Shown here: positions 1 through 9,965 of the stretch, one piece after another
Numbering within the stretch: position 1 is the first letter of the stretch
Layout: every line of letters starts with the position of its first letter
Origin: Candidatus Poseidoniaceae archaeon
GTDB lineage: Archaea; Thermoplasmatota; Poseidoniia; Poseidoniales; Poseidoniaceae
Direction: 5' to 3'
Assembly: GCA_943788655.1 (NCBI GenBank)
Contig: CALSRB010000005.1
Location: 258,502 to 322,501, forward strand
DNA: 64,000 bases
Position numbers and translations under genes: made by a program
Notes under the pieces: model-generated
Told to the model about the DNA's origin: nothing
The model's database searches: none
What the model saw: only the letters and a program-made list of their open reading frames with translations

Positions 1-619
1 GCGTTGGAGCCATTGGAACACTTGCCGAGGCTGCAACACCGCTTGCCAATGTAGGGACAGGAAGTGCGTGGCCCGCAACATCGAGAGCAGCCTCCAATTC
101 TTCTGCCACCGTTAGCAACGATGCTTTGTTCGCCTCTGGTTGGGCTAGATACGATTCGACAGTCGTGAGGTAGCGTGTAACTTCCCCTTTCCCTCCTGTT
201 GCATAAGCAACGGCTAACAGTTTCAGCAGTTTCATTGGATCGGCGAGGGTTGTGAGCTTTGCCAACTCTTGTTCGCTGAGCGATGGAGTGTTGCCTGAAC
301 TGTCACCTGCAGAATCAGGAGTTCCAAGGTAATGCGACAGAGGATCTGGCATGGTCATGATGCCCAAATGGCCAGCAACGAGGTAGTAAATTTCTCCACC
401 CTCGCACTGAATTCGCTCGCTTGCTGCATTGAAATCAAACTCTCCCGGGAGCAGGACAATGTCAGAGAGAACTTCGAAGAACTTCTCCATGGCTTCAAGG
501 CGATCCATTGCCATCAATGTGTGAACCATGTCGGAAGATTCAGTGATACCGAAATAAGCAGCAGCATCGTCAACATCGATGCCATCGGGCAGTGATTCTC
601 CAGGCAATTCATCGACCAT
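1..619 (-). CDS. hypothetical acidic protein, N-terminal part (start ATG at 619; ORF open to window edge)
   Basis: Minus-strand frame beginning ATG at 619-617 (MVDELPGESLPDGIDVDDAAAYFGI...) stays open to position 1. It is absent from the ORF track only because no stop lies in the window. It starts 79 nt downstream of the stop of giant ORF 701..6994 on the same strand. Confidence 0.5.
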   Translation of the reverse strand, partial: MVDELPGESLPDGIDVDDAAAYFGITESSDMVHTLMAMDRLEAMEKFFEVLSDIVLLPGEFDFNAASERIQCEGGEIYYLVAGHLGIMTMPDPLSHYLGTPDSAGDSSGNTPSLSEQELAKLTTLADPMKLLKLLAVAYATGGKGEVTRYLTTVESYLAQPEANKASLLTVAEELEAALDVAGHALPVPTLASGVAASASVPMAPT

Positions 620-700
620 GATTCAACCGCCTACGCCTTGCCCACCTCTGTGTGGTTCTTGAGGATGATGCCACCCTTCGTTTGATGAATCGCCATTGTT

Positions 701-3700
701 TCATCGACTCCTTCCGAGGTCATAGATGGCACGTGATTGAGGTGCTGACCAGCCCGTTTCCTGCAATTGCATGAGGATGCTTCGTTCCTGTTCCTGATCG
801 TCGATGGCGCTTCGCACCCAGTCGGCTGCAGATTCACGGTCGTCCGCTTGCCAGTCTTCGAAGATGCTGAGGTCAATCTTGATTCTTGCTTTACGAACCT
901 TCGCCGAACCGTCTTCTTCTGGTGTTTCTTCGACGGCGACTTTCGAGGCCACCTTGGCTGCGGACACCTTACTCGGGCCCGAGCGGTTTCGTGGTGGACC
1001 AGAGGGGGCTTTGGATTGAGGCGGTCCTGATGTCGGACCTCGACCAGGTGGGCCACCGCTGGGTTTACCAGGCCCTCTTCCAGCAGGCCCTCGTCCCTTT
1101 GGCCCACCTGTAGGGGCTGGACTTGGTCGAGGTTTGCTTTGCTGCGGAGAAGCACGCGTTGATGGGAAGGAAGAAGAAGATGAACCATAATTGTCATCAT
1201 CATCATCCCAGTCATCATCGTCATCATCATCGTAATCGAATTCGTCACTTCTAACCAAGCGGCGGATAACAACCAGAAGCACCACGACGCCAATCAGTGC
1301 GCCAGCGCCCGCTAGAGCAGCGGTGTTTGGAGAAAGGCCGAACAATCCAGACGAGGTTTCATCGTCACTCGCAGATGCAATTGGGCATCCGTCATCATAC
1401 CCGTTCTCGCCAGCAGGCTCATTCGGGCAATTGTCATCATAATCGACGACGCCATCATTGTCAGCGTCACTCTGGGTTGGATCGCAACCGTTTTCATCGA
1501 CGGCGGTCTTGTAGCCAGGTTCTGTCTCAGGGCATAGATCTGGGTACGTTCCCGAAGCGTTGTCTCCATATCCATCTCGATCATAGTCTTCCCATTGGGT
1601 TGGGTTGCCTGCCAAACCTGTTGGTTCGAACAAGTCACGGTACCCGTCACCATCATCGATGCAACCTAAGAAATCAATGAATGAAGTCCCATTTTCAATT
1701 GGGCAGTCATCTGCATTTTGTCCATCGATGTTGTCGCCATAGCCATCACCATCTTGGTCAAACCACTGTGTGGCATCGGTCGGGAATGCATCTCCAGTTT
1801 GGTTTTCACGAAGACCGGAGGTGGCGTTCACAGAGTAGGTGTATGTACCCTTGTAACCATCGCCATCGAGGTCCTGCTCCAGTGCTGTTTCATCGGTACA
1901 GCCGGTGACGTCAACAGGGAAGCCTGCTGGTGTGCTTGGGCAAGCATCGTCTGCGTCGCTCACCCCATCGTCATCGCTGTCCAATTGTGCGGTTGAACAT
2001 CCATTCGCGTCGACTTCGGTTTCCACAGTAAGCGGACACAAATCAACAGGGTCGAACACACCATCACCATCAGAATCTGTTTCGCGCTGGGCTTCACTGC
2101 ATCCAATTGCATCCACGGCATCTTGGTACTCGGTTTGTGGACATTGGTCCATGTCATTCATCACGCCATCTTGGTCGTCATCGAGTTGGTTGTCAGCACA
2201 TCCTGCTTGATTGACCGTGAGTCCTGCGTCGGTGTTCGGACATGTGTCTTGTTCATTTGAGACAAAATCACCATCGTCGTCAGTGTCATCGATAAACCGA
2301 CATCCAATACCGGTTTCACCACCGATTGGCACTGTGCCTTCGAGCACACCAGCAATCGCGGTGCATTCATCTGCTTGGTAGCCTTCAGGGTTGTCTCCAA
2401 ATCCATCACCGTCGAAGTCGAGCCACTGAGTCGGTTCGAGAGGGAAGGCATCGGAGGAATCCTCCCATCCGTCGCCATCGGCGTCAGGGCATCCAAAGAC
2501 AGGGTTGGTGGAATTGCCCCAAACACCAGGGCATCCATCGAGTTCCAATCCGGCACCATTGTTGGTCATATCTTCATCTGAAAGGTTATAGAACGAAGTC
2601 CAACGGTCAGGGTGCCCATCACTGTCGTTATCTTCTGCTGCTGCGATGTCGTCAGGGAACATATCTGGGTTTGTCGCTCCTTGAGAGCTGTTATCACCAT
2701 AGCCGTCCCCATCGGAATCCGTCCATTGTGTTGGATCAAGTGGCCACATATCGGCACCCATGGATTCGTTCCACTCAAGGAAATCTCCAATGTCTGAGGG
2801 GTCCGAAGACCCGTCGAGGTCAGTATCTAAACAACCATTGCGGTCTCGCCATGAAGCACCCCAGTCCCATGGGCATGCATCCCCCGTCACGGTGTCTGAT
2901 TCGTTATCACCCCAACCATCACCGTCGTAATCGGCGTATTGAGATGGGTTGAACGGGAACAAGTCGCCAGTAGGGTTGTTTGGATCGAGGGGTGTTGCGC
3001 AGCAATCAGGCCCTGAATTGTCGCCGTAACCGTCCCCATCAGAATCCTTGGATTGCTTCCAGTTTAGAATGAACACATCGCCGTCGTAAAACGAGACATC
3101 GTTGTCAGACCAGCCGTCCTGATCAAAGTCAATGCAGCCCAGACGACCAAGCCATGAAGTTCCAGCTTCATCTTGGCAAGCATCATCCGTGTCCGCATAA
3201 CCATCGGAATCGAAATCAGAGCAACCATATGTGTAGTAGGCGGATGTGGCGGGGACTGTCGAGCAATCATCTGCCATTGGACCGTCGGGGTTATCGCCGT
3301 AATTGTCAGAATCGCTGTCTGCCCATTGATTGCCCAATGCAGGCAAATCATCAACGAGGTCAAACACAAGATCTCGGTCTGTGTCCTGATAAATTCTCAT
3401 TACGCTCACATCGTCGAGTGTGTCATCCCAAACGCCGAGATGGATGGTCCCATTGCCGTCTGTTTGTGCGTTGGTTTGACTTCCAGCCGTTTTGTAGCCA
3501 AACGAAAGGGTCGACCATGATGTGCTGTTCATGGAGGCAGCGTCTTTGGCAATCGCGTTCCATGTTAGGACGTTGTCAGAGCCTGTGCTGGTCATGAGAA
3601 GGTAATGCGCATCCATCACGATAAGATCCCAAGCGCCTTCCAAGTTCGATTCAGGTTGTGCTCCAAAGGCCACCCATTCGCTGCTGTTGGTGCGGGTGTA

Positions 3701-6700
3701 AATCGAAGGTGTCGGCGTGTTGCTGCGCAAAGCGAGCGTCGGCTCACTTCCCCCAACGAGATCGAGGTTGTATTGCGCCATTGAGCCCGCAGGTTGGGGA
3801 ACGACTGCGCTTGTCCAGTTGGTGTCGTTCGCACTGCGCTCATGAATCGAAAGGACACCCGTGCTTGTGAGGGTGGCTGCAATGATTGAACCGTTATCGG
3901 TCACTGAGAGGCGGAGATCAGAGGAAAGGTCAGTCAAACCAGTGATGTTGTGCAATTCAGTCGAAGTTGAGTTGATGACCCAAAGAGCGAGGTTTGCGTC
4001 AACACCGTCATCGTTGATGACCAAGACTCCAAGGGAACCATCGTGAAGATAGGCGGCTGATTGTTGCTCTGAAACGACTGCCATGGATGCTCCAGAGGCG
4101 AGTGGAGAGGGGTATTCGATCGCCCATGTGGTCCCACCAGCTGGTTGTCGGGCGAGTTCCAACGAATCGTTTCCAGCATTGCGATAAATCAACACCGTCT
4201 CGTTGTTGGATGATTCAAGACCTTGAGCCATGACGGACACTGGGCCATCGAGCAAGAGTTGAGATCGCACGAGGGAAGTGGTCCACCCAGTTTCGGATTC
4301 AATCGAGGTGAAGAGTTGGTCGGTTCCAATCGAGGCGAAGGCAAGGCGCTGTTGGCCCGAAGTATCAAGCGTCATGCCCAGATGCTCGCCGAATTGCCCC
4401 GTTGTAACAATTGATTGCTCAACCGCAGTGTAGCCCACGATTGTTCGATGCGTAAGACCGGTTTCGCCATCGGCTTGGTAGATGACAGGCCGTCCAGATG
4501 CCGTGGTTGTGAATGCGTATTCTCGGGTTTCGTCACTGCTCTCGACCACGATGGTCTCGCTCCAAACGCCAGCAGGTGTGGCATCGTCCACGTGCTCAAT
4601 GAAGTGGGATGCGTTGTTGGAGAAAGTGACAAACATGCTTGTTTCGCCACGGGCAGAGGTGCTGAGTTCTAACTGAGTGAGGCTGGACGAGTAGGTGAAG
4701 ACGGATGACTCCCAGTCTCTTTCCGAATGAATTTGGTAATTGAGGGTGTGGGATTCGGCGCTCATGTCCCGGCGGCTCAGAACGAGCTCGCTGAGTCCGT
4801 CACCGTCCAAATCACCTTGAGTGGCGGCCAAAAGGCCAATGTTTTCGCCGGTTTGGCCAGTCGCTAAAAGTTCCCAATCCGATCGCAATCCGATCGAGGA
4901 ACCTAGGATCAATTCCACTTGCCCGCTGTTTCCAGGGTTGGCTTGCATCATGAGCACATCATCGTATCCGTCTTCATTAACGTCGCCTGCAGGCTCAAAG
5001 GAGCGCCCAAGGACGGCGTTAGCCACCCCTGAGGAAAGGGTGTAATCGGGTTCTGCTGAGGAGGCAATCCCCTCAGAAGATCCATAGTAGGCCCAGACCT
5101 TACCGCTTCGGTATCCTGTACCGTTGAATGGTTCACCGAACATGAAATCATCAAAGCCATCTCCGTTGACATCGCCGAGGTAGTTTAACGACCAGCCAAG
5201 GAGTTTACCTTGCAAGTTTGATTGAATGCGTTGGTCGCATGTACCGTTGTAGCCCGTGGCTTGTCCAAAGAAAATCTCCACTGCCGAATACCCAAGTGGG
5301 CTAGGGAAACTTCCTGTGTTGGCGACAAGCAAATCACTCATTCCATCCCCATTCAGATCGCCGTTTGCGGCAATGGTTTGACCGAAACGAGGGCCATCCG
5401 TGCTTTGAGTGATGTTTCGAACGAAATCGAGACCAGAGGTGTTTCCACTGAAAATTTTGAGTTGGCCGTTGTTCTGAATGGTTTCAGTCACATCTTCGAC
5501 GTAAGTGTATGCAACCGCCACCAAATCGGACATTGAATCGTTGTTCATGGTTTCTGAAGCAGCAAGCGACCAACCGAGGGAGGTGCTGTCTTCTCCAGTC
5601 ACATTCCACCACGATGAAGTTTCGAGTCCCGAAGCGTTGCCGAGGTGAATGACAATCCGACCTGGTGCTCCTGTATAGGCTTCATCGGTGTCGTTCCAGC
5701 CAGGCGATCCGATGGCGACATCGGACAGTCCATCTCCGTTGAAATCGGCAACTGATAACCCGTGGCCAAACATCGCCCCGTCCATGTCGCCTTCAAGTGT
5801 GACATCTGCAACGAGCGAGGCTCCACTGGTTGAACCGTAATGGATGAGCACTCGTCCCATTTCTGCCCCTGTGCCGTCATAAGATGGTTCTGCAATCACA
5901 AGATCATCGAAACCGTCACCGTTCAAATCACCCATTTCAAGCGCCCCCTCATCGGCGCCTTGAGCCCCAATGATGGTGTGTGAAGGAGTTGGATTAATCC
6001 GACCGGTTTCTTGGCCTGAAAGACTTCGTAATAGCTGCAACGTCACATTCTCATCTTGACCGACGGCTGTGACGATTTGCTCGAGTGAATTTCCATCAAG
6101 CCCCATGCCGAGATGTGGCACGATGTTCGCATCTCGGAGCAGCACTCGGTGATCGTACATCATTCCGTCAACTCGGATCAATCGGATTTCACCTGCATCC
6201 GGGGCGGCATAGGCAATGTGGACCACCTCATGTTCATCCACTGCCAGTTCAATGTCCCTGCTCACAGGGCCTTGGTCGAGCATGGCATGTGACCATCGAG
6301 TGCCACTGAAATCAATCTCCCACAGCGAACCATTGGTATCGCGGAACACACCCCATTCGAGTTCGTTCTGACGAAGTCCAAGGCGGAAATCAGTTGGATT
6401 GACGTCCTCAACAATCGTTCGAACAAGCCATGTGGTTTCCAGATAAACTTGCCCTGCGTACGCCACACGTGCGACTTTGATGTCCGTTCCGTCAGCGTAC
6501 ATGATGTACGGTCGGCCGTTTTCGCTGATCGCGAGGGAGCAATCCACCAAACTCTCTTCAGAAGTTGAGGCGACAGTATCGACCAGAGCATCGTTCCAGC
6601 TGCCGTTCGAGGCTTGGGTTGCATAATGCACTTCACCCTCGGCGGTCGTCCAACAAAGATTCACAGATTCTCCACGAGCAAGGACCATATCGGGCGTACC

Positions 6701-6994
6701 GGGGGTTGAATTTTCAAAAATTGAATCTGTTGATTCTACCCAAGTGTTCAATCCAGATTCATCTCGGACAACACCCTGCACCAAGCCATCGAAGTCCAAT
6801 TGAGTCCCTGCAAAGTCGTGTCCATAGCCATTCGAAAAAGGCACATATTCACTGGTTTGGAGTACAGTCTGCTCGGAATCCAACGAAGCTGTTGGCATGG
6901 AATTACCGGCCAATGGGGTCATTGATTGAATCAAAAACAAGACCGTGATGGTCAGCGCCAAAGTTGGAAAGGAGACACTGCGTTGCTCGGCCAT
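701..6994 (-). CDS. giant type-I membrane surface protein (~2098 aa): FG-GAP (integrin-alpha-like) repeats plus thrombospondin-type-3-like Ca-binding repeats, C-terminal TM anchor, low-complexity cytoplasmic tail
   Basis: Track ORF 701..7138; start refined to ATG 6994 (MAEQRSVSFPTLALTITVLFLIQSM, hydrophobic signal-like). FG-GAP-like units include FNGDGLSDVAIGSPG, DLNGDGMSDLLVAN and DVNGDGFDDFMFGEP. There are more than 15 DxDxDGxxDxxD units, some canonical TSP3 DxDxDGxxDxxDxCP (DDDQDGVMNDMDQCP, DSDGDGVFDPVDLCP, DADNDGVVDYDDNCP). A single C-terminal TM (ALIGVVVLLVVIRRL) is followed by a poly-Asp run, Gly/Pro-rich GRGP repeats and a terminal ...KIDLSIFEDW... segment. N-x-S/T sequons are frequent. 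Confidence 0.8.
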   Translation of the reverse strand: MAEQRSVSFPTLALTITVLFLIQSMTPLAGNSMPTASLDSEQTVLQTSEYVPFSNGYGHDFAGTQLDFDGLVQGVVRDESGLNTWVESTDSIFENSTPGTPDMVLARGESVNLCWTTAEGEVHYATQASNGSWNDALVDTVASTSEESLVDCSLAISENGRPYIMYADGTDIKVARVAYAGQVYLETTWLVRTIVEDVNPTDFRLGLRQNELEWGVFRDTNGSLWEIDFSGTRWSHAMLDQGPVSRDIELAVDEHEVVHIAYAAPDAGEIRLIRVDGMMYDHRVLLRDANIVPHLGMGLDGNSLEQIVTAVGQDENVTLQLLRSLSGQETGRINPTPSHTIIGAQGADEGALEMGDLNGDGFDDLVIAEPSYDGTGAEMGRVLIHYGSTSGASLVADVTLEGDMDGAMFGHGLSVADFNGDGLSDVAIGSPGWNDTDEAYTGAPGRIVIHLGNASGLETSSWWNVTGEDSTSLGWSLAASETMNNDSMSDLVAVAYTYVEDVTETIQNNGQLKIFSGNTSGLDFVRNITQSTDGPRFGQTIAANGDLNGDGMSDLLVANTGSFPSPLGYSAVEIFFGQATGYNGTCDQRIQSNLQGKLLGWSLNYLGDVNGDGFDDFMFGEPFNGTGYRSGKVWAYYGSSEGIASSAEPDYTLSSGVANAVLGRSFEPAGDVNEDGYDDVLMMQANPGNSGQVELILGSSIGLRSDWELLATGQTGENIGLLAATQGDLDGDGLSELVLSRRDMSAESHTLNYQIHSERDWESSVFTYSSSLTQLELSTSARGETSMFVTFSNNASHFIEHVDDATPAGVWSETIVVESSDETREYAFTTTASGRPVIYQADGETGLTHRTIVGYTAVEQSIVTTGQFGEHLGMTLDTSGQQRLAFASIGTDQLFTSIESETGWTTSLVRSQLLLDGPVSVMAQGLESSNNETVLIYRNAGNDSLELARQPAGGTTWAIEYPSPLASGASMAVVSEQQSAAYLHDGSLGVLVINDDGVDANLALWVINSTSTELHNITGLTDLSSDLRLSVTDNGSIIAATLTSTGVLSIHERSANDTNWTSAVVPQPAGSMAQYNLDLVGGSEPTLALRSNTPTPSIYTRTNSSEWVAFGAQPESNLEGAWDLIVMDAHYLLMTSTGSDNVLTWNAIAKDAASMNSTSWSTLSFGYKTAGSQTNAQTDGNGTIHLGVWDDTLDDVSVMRIYQDTDRDLVFDLVDDLPALGNQWADSDSDNYGDNPDGPMADDCSTVPATSAYYTYGCSDFDSDGYADTDDACQDEAGTSWLGRLGCIDFDQDGWSDNDVSFYDGDVFILNWKQSKDSDGDGYGDNSGPDCCATPLDPNNPTGDLFPFNPSQYADYDGDGWGDNESDTVTGDACPWDWGASWRDRNGCLDTDLDGSSDPSDIGDFLEWNESMGADMWPLDPTQWTDSDGDGYGDNSSQGATNPDMFPDDIAAAEDNDSDGHPDRWTSFYNLSDEDMTNNGAGLELDGCPGVWGNSTNPVFGCPDADGDGWEDSSDAFPLEPTQWLDFDGDGFGDNPEGYQADECTAIAGVLEGTVPIGGETGIGCRFIDDTDDDGDFVSNEQDTCPNTDAGLTVNQAGCADNQLDDDQDGVMNDMDQCPQTEYQDAVDAIGCSEAQRETDSDGDGVFDPVDLCPLTVETEVDANGCSTAQLDSDDDGVSDADDACPSTPAGFPVDVTGCTDETALEQDLDGDGYKGTYTYSVNATSGLRENQTGDAFPTDATQWFDQDGDGYGDNIDGQNADDCPIENGTSFIDFLGCIDDGDGYRDLFEPTGLAGNPTQWEDYDRDGYGDNASGTYPDLCPETEPGYKTAVDENGCDPTQSDADNDGVVDYDDNCPNEPAGENGYDDGCPIASASDDETSSGLFGLSPNTAALAGAGALIGVVVLLVVIRRLVRSDEFDYDDDDDDDWDDDDDNYGSSSSSFPSTRASPQQSKPRPSPAPTGGPKGRGPAGRGPGKPSGGPPGRGPTSGPPQSKAPSGPPRNRSGPSKVSAAKVASKVAVEETPEEDGSAKVRKARIKIDLSIFEDWQADDRESAADWVRSAIDDQEQERSILMQLQETGWSAPQSRAIYDLGRSR

Positions 6995-7136
6995 AGCGTC
7001 TATACGCCCCCCCTCCTTGAAAACGCTTGTCGAATAATGACTGCTATGACCCCCGTAGGGGGTCACAATAATCCACTCGGATGCTTGTCGAAAAAAAGAG
7101 CGAGAAGTTGACAAAAGGGGGCCACCTGCTATTGCC

Positions 7137-7769
7137 ATGAGCGGAGGTCATTGGCTGATTTGTGCCGATGGCATGTGGCCAAAGAAAACCACTTGGGAGC
7201 CACTCGTGCAAGATGCAGCGGTGATCCTTGCTTGCGATGGCGCCTATCACCAGTGCCTCGAATACGGCGTCACACCAGACGCGATTATTGGAGATATGGA
7301 CAGCATTGGGAACATCGACTTACCAGAGCAGATTACAAGGGTCGAAAAGCCAAATCAAGAACAAAGCGATTTGACAAAAGCTCTGGCTTATGCCAACGAA
7401 CATTCGGCAACGAATGTTGACGTCATAGGCATCGAAGGGGGTACATTGGGTCACAAAGTCGCCCCGCTTTTTGCCTTGTACGATGCCCCTCCAAACACCA
7501 CCCTTCATTTCGAACACGGAAGGATGATGTGCGCCCGGAACGGATTCGTAGAGTTCAACTCTATAGAAATAGGAAGCCGTGTTTCGTTATTTGCAATTGG
7601 GCCTGCGAAAGGCGTTCACCTCGAGGGGTGCGACTGGCCATTGAACGACGAGGCACTCGAACCGGGCACGAGAGGATTGAACAATACATCTGCTCAACCA
7701 AGTGTCAAGCTAACTGTGGAGAATGGTGCTGTTGTGATTTGCGTTGAGCCCCTCACAATGGGCCCTTAG
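7137..7769 (+). CDS. thiamine pyrophosphokinase-like protein
   Basis: ACDGAYHQCLEYGVTPDAIIGDMDSI matches the TPK catalytic-domain signature (D-G-A ... P-D ... GDxDS); the length of ~210 aa is consistent. Confidence 0.5.
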   Translation: MSGGHWLICADGMWPKKTTWEPLVQDAAVILACDGAYHQCLEYGVTPDAIIGDMDSIGNIDLPEQITRVEKPNQEQSDLTKALAYANEHSATNVDVIGIEGGTLGHKVAPLFALYDAPPNTTLHFEHGRMMCARNGFVEFNSIEIGSRVSLFAIGPAKGVHLEGCDWPLNDEALEPGTRGLNNTSAQPSVKLTVENGAVVICVEPLTMGP

Positions 7770-8631
7770 GTAAGTAATCACGAATCATGGAAGAGTAATC
7801 GCCCTCTCCGTCCCACTTCATTGCATGTTCATCAACTCGAGCACGCTCGAGCGTTTGCTCAAACCCACCCCAGTCCTCAATCAAATTGAGGTTATAGGCC
7901 GCCTTTGGCGTGTAACCAGGCAGGAAATTCCTCCAAGTGAACGGCACTCGACCTGGAGTGATTCGGTTGACCATACCTACGATCGAGGTGTTACACGTGG
8001 TCAAGAAGGAGTGATACCATTCACCTTTGACAGCCAATGAATTGGCTTTGTTGGTTAATGCGTGAAGCAAGTCCTTCTCTTTGCCTGGAGGCGTGATGGC
8101 CCGGAACATGTAGTCCTTGTTACCTCGGGCATTGGTGCGCAGACCCAATAAATCCCGCTCAAAGCCAACCAATAGGTAGAGCTCAAAATGGCGCCAAAAA
8201 CCGAGCCACGGATGGTAACGCTGACCCTTTCTTCGGCGTGCCTCAAAGGAAAAGGAAAGGCATGTCCCATCATTGAATTCGAAAGTGAGGAAGGTGTGGG
8301 CCATGCCGTGAATGCTGTGGAAATGGTCGACAACAAACCACACATCTTTGATTTCATCTGCACGAACTTCAACGGTATCAGCCCATGATTCATCCCGATC
8401 CCGAGTCGATCTCCAAAAGAAATCTCGAACGTTGTTGAACCGTATGGAATCGCCGTTGACATCGGCCGTCGTCGTCCGTTCGCAATCGGAATTCCAATCG
8501 TCTTCCAATTGAGGAACCCGTGGCCGAACCCGAACCATCCAAATCAAAACTGACAGAATGAGAAAACCTACGATGCTGATGCCAATGTACCCGAGGATTG
8601 TCAACCAATCAAGTTCCATTCCATTCACCAC
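7753..8631 (-). CDS. hypothetical membrane-anchored protein (N-terminal TM, His/Trp-rich extracytoplasmic domain)
   Basis: 292-aa ORF with N-terminal hydrophobic segment LTILGYIGISIVGFLILSVLIWMV and no recognised catalytic motif. It overlaps the stop of the preceding convergent gene by 17 nt. Confidence 0.5.
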   Translation of the reverse strand: MVNGMELDWLTILGYIGISIVGFLILSVLIWMVRVRPRVPQLEDDWNSDCERTTTADVNGDSIRFNNVRDFFWRSTRDRDESWADTVEVRADEIKDVWFVVDHFHSIHGMAHTFLTFEFNDGTCLSFSFEARRRKGQRYHPWLGFWRHFELYLLVGFERDLLGLRTNARGNKDYMFRAITPPGKEKDLLHALTNKANSLAVKGEWYHSFLTTCNTSIVGMVNRITPGRVPFTWRNFLPGYTPKAAYNLNLIEDWGGFEQTLERARVDEHAMKWDGEGDYSSMIRDYLPKGPL

Positions 8632-9965
8632 TTATGCCAGATCCGTAGGTCCTGATCCCACCAATCCATCGAGCCATCTGGTTGTTGGCGCCAGAGGGTT
8701 CCGGAGTCATCGGTTGTGGTTGGCATGCCTTCTGGGTCGGGTGAGCCATCAGGAAGGATTGTTGGGGTCGGGCCTAGTGAACGAAGTCCACTGCCCTCCT
8801 CTTCATCTTTGACCCGTACGAGCATGAAGAAGACAATGAATGCTACGATGAGCCCGAGGGCGCCAATTGAATACCAACCGACGGATTCCGTTTCCGTATC
8901 TTCTCCAAAGGAACGAGTTGGAAGAGCTTCCGCTTCTTCTTTCGTTAAATCCTCGCTTGGTTGCCGGACGAGGTTGAGACCGTGAACGGTTCGAATCTGC
9001 TCATTATTGATGACTTCAAGGCTGATCAGATGAACCCCCGCAGGAAGCACGGAACAGTCGTAAGTGTTGCTTTCTGTGCCGGGCAATTGTTGACCCTGAA
9101 CCGACCAAATTTTGTCAAAGGAGGTGAAATCAACACCAGCCATGTTTGGGACCATCGTGATTAGGCACGGCGTATCTGTGGTGTTGCCATCACCACGAAC
9201 GCTTAACGAAAAGGCAGGTGCTGGTCGATTGTGAATCGTGATGTTGAGCCACGATTCAGTGGTTTGCCCCAAGTCATTGCGATAGGCTTCTTTGAGCATG
9301 TATTCACCCGCTGGCCAATGGGAACAGTTCAGTGAAGTTTGGTTATCGAGAACGGTGAACGGCGCTCCTGAGAAGGTACGAACGCCTTCTGCGGCGTACC
9401 GAGGTCCAGTTTCATCTGCAAAGAGTCGGTCAATCGTGCACGCATCCCCTGTCTCAATCAATGCTGGAGCCTCAAGATCCAAGGTGATTTGGGGTGTTTT
9501 CAGCGCGGGCCTGAGGACATATGTTGGCAATTGAATGGTGGTGATGGTCTCGCCGTTTTGGTTCACAATTTCAAGCCGAAGTGCGTGCTCGCCTTGAGCC
9601 CAAGCATCGTAAATGATGCTGGCATTTGATTGACCTGAAAAGGACATGGTGCGGCTGTCATGGACCTCCCGATCTTTGTGAACACCATACAGTCGCAGCT
9701 CGATATTGGAGAACTCATTTGTGGTGTTCATGATCACAACCACTCGAATCGCATCTGCATCGCCGTCTTGATTGAGGTCCAGCGTATCGTTGCGGAGGGC
9801 CACTAAAGCGAGGCCTTCTGCTTCCAAAGCCTCCTCCGAAGACGAGGTTTCTGCACCAACGGTTTCCACCAAACCAAGCGGAGCGCCCATGCTGGCCAAC
9901 AGCACAATCAACATCACAAGGCTGCTTCGACGTCCTTCAAGCATTGATTTCACCCTCCGTAACAT
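8625..9965 (-). CDS. type-I membrane surface protein (446 aa) with signal peptide, Ig-like beta-rich ectodomain, C-terminal TM and acidic/aromatic cytoplasmic tail
   Basis: N-terminal signal-like LVMLIVLLASMGAPLGLVETVGA. C-terminal TM WYSIGALGLIVAFIVFFMLV followed by tail ...DGSMDWWDQDLRIWHKW. Same architecture as the neighbouring giant proteins. Confidence 0.65.
   Translation of the reverse strand: MLRRVKSMLEGRRSSLVMLIVLLASMGAPLGLVETVGAETSSSEEALEAEGLALVALRNDTLDLNQDGDADAIRVVVIMNTTNEFSNIELRLYGVHKDREVHDSRTMSFSGQSNASIIYDAWAQGEHALRLEIVNQNGETITTIQLPTYVLRPALKTPQITLDLEAPALIETGDACTIDRLFADETGPRYAAEGVRTFSGAPFTVLDNQTSLNCSHWPAGEYMLKEAYRNDLGQTTESWLNITIHNRPAPAFSLSVRGDGNTTDTPCLITMVPNMAGVDFTSFDKIWSVQGQQLPGTESNTYDCSVLPAGVHLISLEVINNEQIRTVHGLNLVRQPSEDLTKEEAEALPTRSFGEDTETESVGWYSIGALGLIVAFIVFFMLVRVKDEEEGSGLRSLGPTPTILPDGSPDPEGMPTTTDDSGTLWRQQPDGSMDWWDQDLRIWHKW

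Noticed and set aside
332-595. Plus-strand ORF of 87 aa
   Set aside because: Lies entirely antisense inside the better-supported minus-strand gene 1..619 and has no motif or start-site context.
631-6994. Many alternative-frame ORFs inside the giant gene (631..1293, 1297..1680, 2326..2952, 3154..3597, 6565..6948 and others)
   Set aside because: Shadow ORFs produced by the GAY/GGN-rich repetitive coding sequence. Their translations are His/Arg/Cys-rich and low-complexity, and all are nested within a 6.3-kb ORF that has coherent domain structure.
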